Virus record (IMG/VR): IMGVR_UViG_3300021197_000450
Coordinates: 1-54,097 of that record
Strand: one strand, 5' to 3'
DNA from: a virus
Lineage: Duplodnaviria > Caudoviricetes
Length of the DNA: 54,097 bases
In this document: positions 36,830 through 46,705 of the stretch, piece by piece
Layout of the letters: each line of letters starts with the position of its first letter
Numbering within the stretch: the first letter of the stretch is position 1
Made by a program: the position numbers and the translations under genes
Notes under the pieces: generated by a model
Told to the model about the DNA's origin: nothing
What the model saw: the letters and a program-made list of their open reading frames with translations, nothing else
Database searches by the model: none

Positions 36830-38050
36830 TTACAGTCCCAATCCTAATGCAAGTCTTTCTCTAAGATCAATCGTTTGTTTAATCTTATCTCCTGGATCAA
36901 CATTAACTTGCATAATACCTTCTTCAGAGGCGGTAAGAGTTGTAGTTATACTTCCAGCAGTTGGTGCAGTATAATTAAAAAGTCCATCAATAGTTGTTTC
37001 TGTCGTAGTCACTGTACCTGCTGGACTTGTAACACTGGTATCAAACGCAGTTATATCATTAGCAGCTTTTAGTTGTGCTGCTGTAGAAATATCTCCTACA
37101 GAAGATATAGTGCTTGAAGTGCTTATTGCACCATCAACTGTTAAATTACCATCCACAAATAAGTTGCCTTCAAAAGATAAACCATAATAAAAGACTGCTG
37201 GACCGCCAATAGTTCCCCCACCTGCTGCGATATTAACAGTAGAACCAGTCATGTTAACAGTAGTTGATGAGATAGATGTTTTAGTCTGTGAAGAAATATG
37301 AGTATTAGCGCCAGATAGAAATTCTACATCGCCTTCTACCCAATTACTCTGCTTCTTGCTGACAAAATTGTTCTTGTTGCCCAAAACTATTTCGGTATCT
37401 GTTTCACTAACAACAGATGATTTGTTACCTACAACAGTCGTAGAGTGATCTTTTCTATAATCTTCAATCTTTTTCTTATGTACTATTTCTGTCTTGTTGC
37501 CAAAAACAGTTGTTTGCATATCACCTTTTACTTTAAGATGCATATCACCTTCAACTGTAAAATCAAGATCGCCTTTGTAGATTACTGTACCATTACCAGC
37601 GACAAACATCTCAAAGTTCTCACCAACTAATTGTACCATTTTACCAAATGAGTTTACAATCAACTCACCTTCATTCCACATTTCAACTGCGGTGCCAATG
37701 TAGTGATTAATTGTAACTCTTTCACCACCCTTTGTATCATCAACTTCACTTCTATGACGTTCTTCAATATTAGGGTTTGTTGACTCAGTTACCTTGTTAT
37801 GTGGATATTCAGGTTGTGCTTCAAGTGGAATTTCAAAGGGATTGCCTTGAGGCGGCACAATCTTAGGCTGCCATTCTCCTCTAGCATTGAAAGATACCGT
37901 AGGCTCTCCTTTATAAGCATCAACTACAAAATCTTTATCAGGGTCTTTGAACCCAATATCACCAGAGCTTGGCGCAGCCCCATCATTTCTTGATTGACTT
38001 TCGCCAGCAGTGCCCTCACCAGAGCGACCTGATACAGTATCTTCAGCCAT
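36830..38050 (-). CDS. gp5: gp5 C-terminal part (baseplate spike, beta-helix)
   Basis: EYPHNKV, EVDDTKGGERV..H..GT, repeated V.G[ND] beta-helix units. Confidence 0.82.
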   Translation of the reverse strand: MAEDTVSGRSGEGTAGESQSRNDGAAPSSGDIGFKDPDKDFVVDAYKGEPTVSFNARGEWQPKIVPPQGNPFEIPLEAQPEYPHNKVTESTNPNIEERHRSEVDDTKGGERVTINHYIGTAVEMWNEGELIVNSFGKMVQLVGENFEMFVAGNGTVIYKGDLDFTVEGDMHLKVKGDMQTTVFGNKTEIVHKKKIEDYRKDHSTTVVGNKSSVVSETDTEIVLGNKNNFVSKKQSNWVEGDVEFLSGANTHISSQTKTSISSTTVNMTGSTVNIAAGGGTIGGPAVFYYGLSFEGNLFVDGNLTVDGAISTSSTISSVGDISTAAQLKAANDITAFDTSVTSPAGTVTTTETTIDGLFNYTAPTAGSITTTLTASEEGIMQVNVDPGDKIKQTIDLRERLALGLGL

Positions 38051-39273
38051 TAGTATTGCGCCTCAATTAATTCATCAATAGTCATAGACCCATCACGTCT
38101 TGTTTCTTCAAGAGTCTGTGTATTGAACTTGTTAAATTTTTTCTGAACATATTGAGGCACATCAAAGTGTGGATCAGAGCGTCTATTTTGATCAATGTTG
38201 TTATGTCCCCATGCTTGTCCACCTGGAATAACAGTATAGAATGCTCTCATAAACGTATCAAATGTATTGAATTGTTCCATAGAATATGATTTATGACTTC
38301 TGATGATACTATTGCCTTTTCTAGTGCCTAACAGACCACCAACAAATGCAATACCAATACTATTAGGATTATGTTCATTTAATGTATGTAACCCAATAGT
38401 TGAGATTGGTCTACAAACTTGCAAAGAGCCATCTCGTAAAATAATCAAGTGATATCCCACTTCAGAGAACTCTCTACCAATTACATCCCATGCATATAAC
38501 ACATCATAATTAACTTCCATATCTTTAGACGTGTCAGTAGCATGTACTACAACTTCTGTTAACTCTCTAGTAGAAGATCGAACATATGCTTCCATTTCTT
38601 CATATGTCTGTAAAAAAGTTCTCGGCGGCACGTTATCAAAGTCTACGATAGGCACAGAGGGGTTGCCGATTAGATTGGCAAATACTGCATTTACTGTTAC
38701 ATTTTTTTGAATGTTTACATCATTTGTAATATCTTCTAACAGTGAATCTGTTGTGCCAATTTTAGTGCGCATAGAATTAGACTTTGCAATGAGTGCAACA
38801 CCAGCGTCATTCACTAAATTCTTTGAAGATGACCCTAAAGGTAATCCTGTAGAATCTGCTAATGCTTCAGAAGCGACAAGTGAAGCTTCAAAAAGTGTTT
38901 TATTGTCTAGCACGCCATTGAATTGATTTCTAAAAGCAGCGCCTGCTGCATCAGGAGTAGCAGCAGTAACAGTCTTTGCTAAGAGAGCGCCATTAGTAGC
39001 AGATGTTAGAGAGCCAAACGTGCCTAGGTTATCAGAAAATACTGCAAGACCTGCGCTCTTATTATTACCATCTGGACTAATAGTTTCTGCAAAAGAGCCT
39101 ACAATATCAAGACCATTGATTGAACTATTAATAGTAGCTTTTTCAGAACTAGAAGTCAACTGTTTATATTGCAGAGCAGCAGCGCCAGCGGCTGTGCCAA
39201 CTTCTGTTAAGTCCTGCTCTAGTAGAGTCAAGTTGTCTACTAATTTTTTACTGATATCTGATATTGTCGTCAT
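38050..39273 (-). CDS. Protein with a C-terminal N-acetylmuramoyl-L-alanine amidase (Amidase_2 / T7-lysozyme-like) domain
   Basis: VVVHAT, VGYHLIILRDG, HNPNSIGIAFVGG, WGHN, RSDPHFDV. Confidence 0.85.
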   Translation of the reverse strand: MTTISDISKKLVDNLTLLEQDLTEVGTAAGAAALQYKQLTSSSEKATINSSINGLDIVGSFAETISPDGNNKSAGLAVFSDNLGTFGSLTSATNGALLAKTVTAATPDAAGAAFRNQFNGVLDNKTLFEASLVASEALADSTGLPLGSSSKNLVNDAGVALIAKSNSMRTKIGTTDSLLEDITNDVNIQKNVTVNAVFANLIGNPSVPIVDFDNVPPRTFLQTYEEMEAYVRSSTRELTEVVVHATDTSKDMEVNYDVLYAWDVIGREFSEVGYHLIILRDGSLQVCRPISTIGLHTLNEHNPNSIGIAFVGGLLGTRKGNSIIRSHKSYSMEQFNTFDTFMRAFYTVIPGGQAWGHNNIDQNRRSDPHFDVPQYVQKKFNKFNTQTLEETRRDGSMTIDELIEAQY

Positions 39274-39677
39274 GCGTTACTCACAAAGATTGTGTATATT
39301 TCGTTTGCTAATCCAACTACAGTAAGTAATTGTGTGGCACTTAAAGTTTTTCCCAGATAATTTGTGTTAAATGTTTTTACCGCAGCATCTACAGTCTGTG
39401 AGTATTTTAACTCAGAAGCTTTGTAGTCTCTATTGCTAGGCAATTCTTCGAAAAAATATCTAATTTTACTATCTGGTAAACGGTAGTTAATTTTATTTTT
39501 TGTGCAAAAACCTAAGTATCTCTTTTGTCTTTCGCCTTTGAACGTAATCAAGTCTGCGCCAACACCTTCATAAGAAATAGTTGCTGCCATTGCAGCAGCA
39601 GCTTCAGCGCTGTATCCTGCTGAGATGCTGGCGTTAAATAATCTGTCAATGATGCTAGTGCCGAATATTGTTATCAT
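39270..39677 (-). CDS. Degenerate phage tail lysozyme (Phage_lysozyme2-like)
   Basis: GYSAEAAAAMAATISYEG and ELKYSQTVDAAVKTF resemble the family; the GIAQW segment is eroded. Confidence 0.5.
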   Translation of the reverse strand: MITIFGTSIIDRLFNASISAGYSAEAAAAMAATISYEGVGADLITFKGERQKRYLGFCTKNKINYRLPDSKIRYFFEELPSNRDYKASELKYSQTVDAAVKTFNTNYLGKTLSATQLLTVVGLANEIYTIFVSNA

Positions 39678-39681
39678 TTAC

Positions 39682-40038
39682 TTACCTATGTGGAATTGGT
39701 ACAATGTTTTCACCGTCAGAAGATTCATACTTTGGCATAGAGCCAAATATAATTGGATTTTGAGACTGCTTACCATCCAGAAAAATTCCAAATACATATG
39801 CTCCTTTATTGATGCCATTTGCTGACCTGCCTGTGCCTGAGATACCACCTTCTGTTGCAGGTACTAGAACTGTAGCCCATGGTAAGTCTTCTATTGCAAT
39901 ATCATCAAGATAAGGACTATGCACACCAAAGCAGCGCACACGCACACGACCTAGCTGTTCAGGATCGTCATTATCCTCAACAACTCCAATAAACCATCGT
40001 GTTTCGTCGCCATAAAAGTCATTAGGGATTGTCTTCAT
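39682..40038 (-). CDS. gp5: gp5 N-terminal OB-fold as a stand-alone gene
   Basis: WFIGVVEDNDDPEQLGRVRVRCFGVH, LPWA, VFGIFLDG..SQNPIIFG. Confidence 0.9.
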   Translation of the reverse strand: MKTIPNDFYGDETRWFIGVVEDNDDPEQLGRVRVRCFGVHSPYLDDIAIEDLPWATVLVPATEGGISGTGRSANGINKGAYVFGIFLDGKQSQNPIIFGSMPKYESSDGENIVPIPHR

Positions 40039-41384
40039 TAGTCTTCACCTGGATAGAACTGTTCAGAATTGATAGCTGTATCATTATCTATTTTAATTGC
40101 ACCTACAGTCACAGAATATTGAGCGTTCTTAAACATATGTCTAATATGACTCATTATGTATTTACCTGATCTTTTCTTATCTTTAATAAAGTCTGCGCTT
40201 GCATCAAAGTTGATAGGCAAGTCTTTAGGAATATATACTTCAATTTGATTTTTACCTAACAAGTCTTTACCAAAGAAGTTGTATCCAGGACACTGCATTG
40301 TAATAAAGCTCTTTACTGCAAAAGCTTTCAGTCCTCTACTTTTTGCTTTTAACTCATGCTTTGATACTTCGTCTTCTTCAAGGTATGAGAATATACCGTT
40401 TTCAAATAGTTTTTTAGTTGTTACTTGAGATGCATATCTACTTACACTTTCATGAAGTGCTGGAGACAGTTCGCCAGGAATAGATGTAGAATAATCATCT
40501 ACTCCATTGGGCTTAGGAAGCGGGCCTAGAGCGTCTGTGACTTTATATCTATATTCCTCTGCTTTATCTTCATACGTGTCCAACCAAAGATACTGAGCGC
40601 CATAACTCGCATCTTCAAACAACTGAATTGCATCTTGGTTTCGTTCCATGTTCATAGAAGCTACTCTATGACTAAGAGACTCAAATTTTTCTATTGAGTA
40701 TTCAGAGTTTGGTTCAATTTCTGCTGCGCTTGTGTACTTAAATGGTTTATTATTAAAGGGTCCTTGACCTAGTAATGTCGATAAGCTTGTTAAGTTTAAA
40801 TCATTATTGTATAGTGAACTATGTAAAAAGAATGGTGCGCCTGTACTAGTTGTACATCTATTTTTCATCAATGCAGCAACAGACATAGGATTCATTGTAA
40901 AAGGCACAATAAATCTCATATTAGATTGATCTGATCCTTCTGTGCTTGCGCCAACTCCAATAAATGCTAACGCTTGTTCTAAAATACTTTCAGGCTTACC
41001 TTCTAAAGTTTTTGAGAAAACAAACTTTTTATTTTTGTACATATGCACATCAATGAAACTAATCACATATGCTGAAGCGGAGTCATTTAACTTCTCTTGT
41101 TTTTGTACATTATTAATTGCAAACGTCTTGTTTATCTTTTCTGCACCAAAAAAGTCTGTGACTTTAATCTTTACAGTTTCTTGTCCTCTGAAGTTTGAGT
41201 GATTAAAGACGTTAGCAGAATCAATGATGAGTATTGATCCACTAATATAGGGGTCTTTAAGAGACTCAAAAAAGTTAAGCTCTACTGTAATATTACTAAC
41301 ATCAACAATTTTACCATCAGCATTTGTGATGATAATTTCATATTTGCCATAATCATAAGGTGTTGGCTGTGGAGGTCCTGCCAT
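40038..41384 (-). CDS. Baseplate hub gp27-like protein
   Basis: FFESLKDPYISGSILIID...GQE, PFF, SGKYIMSHIRH; lies between gp53 and gp5. Confidence 0.65.
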   Translation of the reverse strand: MAGPPQPTPYDYGKYEIIITNADGKIVDVSNITVELNFFESLKDPYISGSILIIDSANVFNHSNFRGQETVKIKVTDFFGAEKINKTFAINNVQKQEKLNDSASAYVISFIDVHMYKNKKFVFSKTLEGKPESILEQALAFIGVGASTEGSDQSNMRFIVPFTMNPMSVAALMKNRCTTSTGAPFFLHSSLYNNDLNLTSLSTLLGQGPFNNKPFKYTSAAEIEPNSEYSIEKFESLSHRVASMNMERNQDAIQLFEDASYGAQYLWLDTYEDKAEEYRYKVTDALGPLPKPNGVDDYSTSIPGELSPALHESVSRYASQVTTKKLFENGIFSYLEEDEVSKHELKAKSRGLKAFAVKSFITMQCPGYNFFGKDLLGKNQIEVYIPKDLPINFDASADFIKDKKRSGKYIMSHIRHMFKNAQYSVTVGAIKIDNDTAINSEQFYPGED

Positions 41385-43156
41385 TAGTAATAACCTCCTC
41401 CGCTGCTACTGCTAGAAGATGAAGCTGCACTAGCACTAGAAGATGTGACTGTTTGTCCTGCCACACTTGTAACTGATTGTGTAGTATTAGAGACAGTCGG
41501 ATTTGTCTGGCCAACTTGCGTCTGTGCTGCAACTGCGACTTCAGCCTCTGTCTTCTGCTCTAGCAGAGTACTTTGATATGCTGCGTCTAATTGTTTAGCT
41601 ACACTTGGCCTTAAGACTTTAATATTTTTTAACTCATCATTGCTTTTAACATATCTATCTAAGTAATTAACTTGTGTTAATGCTGATGGCACTAGATTAG
41701 ATAGGTTCTGTTGTGTATATAATTCTAACTGAGTTGTAATGTCAAGCCATGCATCACTTCTGCTGGAAGGCGCAGGTGATGTTGTTGTGAATGTGCCACT
41801 ATTGCCATATGTATTTTTGTAGACAGTTGTGCCAGAGATTGGATATTCAAAAGTCTGACCAAACTGTTCAGTGTCACCAATCACATTCAGAAGGTTATCA
41901 ATAAGAAAGAATGAATGGAACTTTACAGTAGCATTGCCGCTGCCATCTTTATCTGCTAATGCCCATGCTGTTGCAAGTTCACCGAAGATATGTCCTGTAT
42001 ATGTTGGGTCAGAAGTTGCAGATGCAATTTCAGAAGCCCAGATAGCAAATACAAATGCTGCTGTAGTTGATCCTGTATCTGCAAGTAGTAGTGAAAGCGC
42101 TGCGCCTAACCGTAAAATCTGGCCATCTAGTCTGTAATTACCTTTAGCAACATCAACAGCAACGTTTGTCAAGTCTAACTTTTTATTATAATCACCTGCT
42201 GCTGAAATTTCAACATCAGTAACAACTGCTGCTAATGTTGCATTATATACCGCAGTAGCGTCAGTCAAGTCCACTCCTGCATAGTTCAATGTAAAAGTAT
42301 AACTAGTTCTCTGTGCAAAAGGCGCATTTGGAGTGATATCTGCATAATTACCACTTGCATCTTCATAATGATGTGTCGCTAAGTATTCTAAAGAAGAAGT
42401 GTCAACTACAGCAGATACTTCAACATCATCTTCAATTGTAGAGATAACTTCGCCTGCTGTGAAAGTAACAGCATTCTGATATTCAAACACTTTTACTTTA
42501 AACACATATGTTTGAAATGCTCCTGTAAATCCAAAATCATATTTCAGATTTGAATAGTTAGTACCACCTTCAAGAATTTTATCAGCAGAAAGCGCTATTG
42601 CAGAGCCGCTGAGTGTTACGATCCAATTTAAAACATCTGTATATCTTTCGCCAGTAGTTTCTAATTCTAAAGTGACATGTCCATATGCATTAGCAGTTGC
42701 TGTTACAGTACGCTCAACAGCAACTCTACCGACTACTAACTGACCGTTATCTAAAAGTCTTCTAAGAATGATGCCTTTCTGACCAGAAGTTTTACCTTCG
42801 ATTGTGCTACCCACTTTCATTTTTGTGCCAAGATCAGTACGAGTCGTAACAATAGAATTAGGATAATCTTTTTTTGCTTGTGCTACAATATCTGAGTACG
42901 TTCTTGGCCAACCTCTTAACTTAACTTTATCATTAAGCAAAAAGAATGTCCAATGTAAGTCAGGTCTGCCATACAGCACTTGTGAGATTTGATCCGCTCT
43001 ATCACCATCTTTAACATTATAATACTCATAGAAAGCAGCGTCGTCTTTGACTTGATCGACTATATCAACATAAATGCCTAGATTTTGATATGCAGTAGCC
43101 GCTGGCTGTGTGCCAAATGTATAATTCGTTAAGGGAAAGTTAGTAAAGTAAGCCAT
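41384..43156 (-). CDS. gp53: Baseplate wedge gp53, enlarged by insertions
   Basis: YFTNFP..Y, YNVKDGDRADQISQVLYG.PDLHWTFFLLN, HHYED, NDELKNIKVLRP; Ser/Gly tail ending GGGYY. Confidence 0.82.
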   Translation of the reverse strand: MAYFTNFPLTNYTFGTQPAATAYQNLGIYVDIVDQVKDDAAFYEYYNVKDGDRADQISQVLYGRPDLHWTFFLLNDKVKLRGWPRTYSDIVAQAKKDYPNSIVTTRTDLGTKMKVGSTIEGKTSGQKGIILRRLLDNGQLVVGRVAVERTVTATANAYGHVTLELETTGERYTDVLNWIVTLSGSAIALSADKILEGGTNYSNLKYDFGFTGAFQTYVFKVKVFEYQNAVTFTAGEVISTIEDDVEVSAVVDTSSLEYLATHHYEDASGNYADITPNAPFAQRTSYTFTLNYAGVDLTDATAVYNATLAAVVTDVEISAAGDYNKKLDLTNVAVDVAKGNYRLDGQILRLGAALSLLLADTGSTTAAFVFAIWASEIASATSDPTYTGHIFGELATAWALADKDGSGNATVKFHSFFLIDNLLNVIGDTEQFGQTFEYPISGTTVYKNTYGNSGTFTTTSPAPSSRSDAWLDITTQLELYTQQNLSNLVPSALTQVNYLDRYVKSNDELKNIKVLRPSVAKQLDAAYQSTLLEQKTEAEVAVAAQTQVGQTNPTVSNTTQSVTSVAGQTVTSSSASAASSSSSSSGGGYY

Positions 43157-43966
43157 TTAGAATCCTTCTTCGACCAACTGTCTGGTCAGTGTAGTTTCTT
43201 CTTGGAATGTTAAAGAGATGCCAATCTCAGTAAAATTACCATCTTTATGAAAGCTACCTGATCTTGGATTGTATTGTGTTTGTGCAGAAGTCAAGTAACA
43301 AGGCAACAATTTATTTGCAACATCTTTACCATCATAGGTAAATCTAATTTTAAATTTTGTTGGGAACTTGTATGCATCATCTACAATCTGCTCAGGATAC
43401 AAATTGGTTCTGAAGAATTGTACAATTTCTTTAGACACACTTGCTTCTTCAGGAGAAAGAGGCTGCATAATGAAGTTAAAAGAAAACTGTCTCAATGCAA
43501 CATCTTTAAAGATCGACCGTCTATGTGGGTTAGCGGTAATACCTGTACCTGCTGCTACTGCTGCTCCGCCAAATCTCTCTGCAAGCGCTGCTAAGTATGC
43601 TTTGCCTTCTGTGCCAAAGAAACCTGACTTTCTTTTATCAACTGTTGATGCGCCATCATTAATAATATTTTGTGCGCCTTTAACAATACCCCCTTCATAG
43701 ATAGATTTAGCACCGAATGCAATTCCACTACCAACTATGCCTAAATCAGTGTTCTCATATCCTACTTGATCAGCAATAGTAATGCCTTGAGGTAAGTAGA
43801 GATTGACCGATCCGCCGAGAGTTTGAGTTGTACTGACTCCTGCTCCAGCCTGCGCAGCGCTGAGGCTTCCCACTCCTGAACTAAAAGAAGAAGATGAGTT
43901 GATTGCTTGGAAGGAAACCCTTCCTTTGTATTTTTCGTCTGGTTCTATGGGAAAAGTTAATGCCAC
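43157..43966 (-). CDS. gp48: Baseplate tail tube cap gp48
   Basis: VNLYLP, NPHRRSIFKDVALRQFSFNF.MQP.SPEEA, LTFQE; GTG start. Confidence 0.85.
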   Translation of the reverse strand: MALTFPIEPDEKYKGRVSFQAINSSSSFSSGVGSLSAAQAGAGVSTTQTLGGSVNLYLPQGITIADQVGYENTDLGIVGSGIAFGAKSIYEGGIVKGAQNIINDGASTVDKRKSGFFGTEGKAYLAALAERFGGAAVAAGTGITANPHRRSIFKDVALRQFSFNFIMQPLSPEEASVSKEIVQFFRTNLYPEQIVDDAYKFPTKFKIRFTYDGKDVANKLLPCYLTSAQTQYNPRSGSFHKDGNFTEIGISLTFQEETTLTRQLVEEGF

Positions 43967-43975
43967 TTAATTACC

Positions 43976-44006
43976 TATAAATATGTTTACTTTTAAATTA
44001 TTTATA
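43976..44006. promoter_or_regulatory. Pair of opposed late promoters at the divergence point
   Basis: TATAAATA on + at 43976-43983 and on - at 43999-44006. Confidence 0.82.
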
Positions 44007-44022
44007 TGGGCAGGATATATGT

Positions 44023-44622
44023 ATGGATTTTGATTTAATTTATGAAATTAAAAGCAAAGGTGAGTTTTATCTTGAGCCATGGCCCCATGTAATTGTAAAC
44101 CAAGTTCTTGACCCGAAGATTGCAGATTTACTGGGCGAAAATTGGCCAGATGAAGGGGTAAGCGGCAGAGTTGGAAAAAAACTACAATTAACTAAAGAAT
44201 CTGCGCCTAATGAAGCGTGGAAAAATTTTTATGACACTATTATAACTAAACAAGGTCAAGACTTGAATCTATTTATGTGCGAAACTTTTAAAAATTTTTG
44301 TACGCCATTTGAATCTGAAACGCCTTTTGACGAAATTTCATTGCGGCTGAATGAAGAACCTGAAGAACGTATGATCAAAAATTGGCATGTGGACAATGCA
44401 AGAAAAAAGTTTACTGGAATTATGTATTTCGAAAATCCAGTCGGGCGCCTTGAACTTTCTAATTGTGAAACAACAAAAAGCATTGAACCTAAGCATAATA
44501 TGTATGTATTTTGGGCAGCATCAGAAGAAACAGTTCACAGATTTTTTGCTGGGCCTGGTACCAGAAAATCGCTTAGTTTATCAGCACATTATCCAAGAGC
44601 GAATCAATCACAGGAAACTTAA
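44023..44622 (+). CDS. 2OG-Fe(II) oxygenase superfamily protein
   Basis: EPWPHVIV, WHVD (HxD), TGIMYF, TVHRF, RKSL (RxS). Confidence 0.72.
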   Translation: MDFDLIYEIKSKGEFYLEPWPHVIVNQVLDPKIADLLGENWPDEGVSGRVGKKLQLTKESAPNEAWKNFYDTIITKQGQDLNLFMCETFKNFCTPFESETPFDEISLRLNEEPEERMIKNWHVDNARKKFTGIMYFENPVGRLELSNCETTKSIEPKHNMYVFWAASEETVHRFFAGPGTRKSLSLSAHYPRANQSQET

Positions 44623-44625
44623 ATT

Positions 44626-45063
44626 ATGAAAACATATAAAGGAAAATATAAAGTAAAGAATCCTAAGAAATATGCCGGTGATCATACTAATGTTATTTAT
44701 CGGTCTATGTGGGAAAGGTTTGCTTTTAAGTGGTGCGAAAATAATACTGAAATTAAATCTTGGTGTTCAGAAGAAACTGTGATCCCATACATCAGTGCAA
44801 TCGACAATAAATATCATAGATACTTTGTTGATCTTAAAATCACAATGAAAGATGGTAGGACAATTCTGGTTGAAATTAAACCAGATAAACAAACAAAGCC
44901 TCCTACTACTAGAAAAAGAACAAAGAGACATATCTCAGAGTCTCTTGAGTATGTTCGTAATCAGTGTAAATGGAAAGCAGCATCTGAATACTGCAAAGAT
45001 AATGGCTACGAATTTCAGATTTGGACAGAGAACGAATTAAAAAAGATGGGAATGAAATTTTAG
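44626..45063 (+). CDS. gp4: Head completion nuclease gp4
   Basis: YKGKYKVKNPKKYAGD, YRSMWE, HRYFVD, EIKP.KQT, KWKAA, F.IWTE. Confidence 0.93.
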   Translation: MKTYKGKYKVKNPKKYAGDHTNVIYRSMWERFAFKWCENNTEIKSWCSEETVIPYISAIDNKYHRYFVDLKITMKDGRTILVEIKPDKQTKPPTTRKRTKRHISESLEYVRNQCKWKAASEYCKDNGYEFQIWTENELKKMGMKF

Positions 45064-45064
45064 T

Positions 45065-45592
45065 ATGACACTCAGGTTCTTTCATGCAGAAAATAGTGAT
45101 TTAACATATATTCGCACATCTAAATGTGCAGGCATGACGATGCAAAAAACATTTTTGGATATATTTAAATATGAGCGTGTCGTTGCTTATCCCGCAGATA
45201 TGGTATATGCTCAATCAAATTCAACTAAATTTGTTGTTGTGAGAAATCCATGGGATAGACTTGTTAGTCAATATGAGTATTGCAGAAAGCATTACAAAGA
45301 ATATTCGCTAATGTTTTTTGAAGAATGGTTCTTTTTATATGATAAAAGGTTTGTAGTTAACCTTGCAAATAAAACATGCTTAGAAATATCAAATTTTTAT
45401 TTAAAGTTTGAAGATTTGCAAAATGAAGTCAACACAAAACTGCCTAATGGCGAAAAGACAAAGCTATCTCATTTCAATGCATCAGATAGAGAATTCTCAA
45501 GCTATGAACAGTATTATACCTCACAAGAAATGGTTGATACAGTGGCACAACTAAATAAATATATAATCGAACAAATTGGATACGACTTTTAA
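45065..45592 (+). CDS. Sulfotransferase family (Sulfotransfer_2-like)
   Basis: YIRTSKCAGMT (5'-PSB-like), FVVVRNPWDRLVSQYEY (3'-PB), KFEDL, C-terminal GYDF. Confidence 0.75.
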   Translation: MTLRFFHAENSDLTYIRTSKCAGMTMQKTFLDIFKYERVVAYPADMVYAQSNSTKFVVVRNPWDRLVSQYEYCRKHYKEYSLMFFEEWFFLYDKRFVVNLANKTCLEISNFYLKFEDLQNEVNTKLPNGEKTKLSHFNASDREFSSYEQYYTSQEMVDTVAQLNKYIIEQIGYDF

Positions 45593-46180
45593 ATGGCAAG
45601 TTTATTTCAGAAGCTAGAGCTAGAAGCATTTAGAGCAGGTATTACTCCTCGCTCAAAAGAATCTATGGCATGGTTTCGCCAGAAAGCTCAAAGACTTAGG
45701 CCCTCTAGACGGGACTTATTGCGAGACGAAGAACTAAAGCTTCGTAATCGTACCGCTGTTGGTAAAATGTATATGTACTTTTATGATCCAAAAACAAAAG
45801 ATACGCTGCCATACTATGACAGATTCCCTTTGACTGTCATTATAGGTCCAGCACCAAAAGGCTTTTATGGTCTGAACTTACACTACTTACCTCTAGACAT
45901 TAGAGCAAAATTTTTAGATGCTTTGTTAGACACACTAACTAATGAGCGCTATGATGACACAACAAAGTTTAGAATTTCATATGACATGCTACAACGTGCA
46001 TCTAAGCTAAGAGCATTCAAGCCTTGCTTAAAACGCTATCTTAGTAGTCATGTTCGTTCTAGATTTGCTATGGTACAGCCGCCAGAGTGGGAGATTGCTA
46101 CATTCTTACCAACTGCTGACTTTGAGAAAGCTAGTCTTACAACTGTTTACAAAGATTCACGCAGAAAGATGAGAAGATAA
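45593..46180 (+). CDS. gp2: DNA end protector gp2
   Basis: MYFYDPKTKDTLPYYDRFPL, GLNLHYLP, PCLKRYL. Confidence 0.93.
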   Translation: MASLFQKLELEAFRAGITPRSKESMAWFRQKAQRLRPSRRDLLRDEELKLRNRTAVGKMYMYFYDPKTKDTLPYYDRFPLTVIIGPAPKGFYGLNLHYLPLDIRAKFLDALLDTLTNERYDDTTKFRISYDMLQRASKLRAFKPCLKRYLSSHVRSRFAMVQPPEWEIATFLPTADFEKASLTTVYKDSRRKMRR

Positions 46181-46687
46181 ATGGCAAGCATCGAAGACTT
46201 AAAAGGTAAGCTCTCACAAGGAGTATCCAGAGCAGATAGATACAAAGTTATTCTACCAGCAGAGTTTGGTGTTGATGGTGAAACAGTCAACACTCTTTGT
46301 CGTGCAACAAATATTCCAGGCCGTCAGATTGTAACAAATGAGCGTACAATCGGTATGATGTCACAAAAAATGCCATATGCGTTTTTATCTGAAGACGTTA
46401 ACTTGACCTTCTTGCTGACACAAGACTATTCAATGAGAACGTATTTTGAAAATTGGCAAAAAGCTATTATCGGCTTTGACACATATGAAGTCAACTATAA
46501 AAATGATTATGCAAAAGATGTAATTATTCAACAGTTAAATCATGGAGACAATTCTGTTGTTTATAGCTGTAAACTTATTCGTGCATTTCCTACTACAATG
46601 CAATCAATTGAACTTGGTGATGATGCGCAAAATCAATTAACACAACTTAGTGTACAACTCTCATACACAGTATGGGAACCTGCCTAA
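46181..46687 (+). CDS. Baseplate tail-tube initiator gp54-like (gp19 fold)
   Basis: SRADRYKV, LC....IPGR, FENWQ, AFPTT; between gp2 and gp26. Confidence 0.75.
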   Translation: MASIEDLKGKLSQGVSRADRYKVILPAEFGVDGETVNTLCRATNIPGRQIVTNERTIGMMSQKMPYAFLSEDVNLTFLLTQDYSMRTYFENWQKAIIGFDTYEVNYKNDYAKDVIIQQLNHGDNSVVYSCKLIRAFPTTMQSIELGDDAQNQLTQLSVQLSYTVWEPA

Positions 46688-46705
46688 TAATGGAGAACTA
46701 ATATA

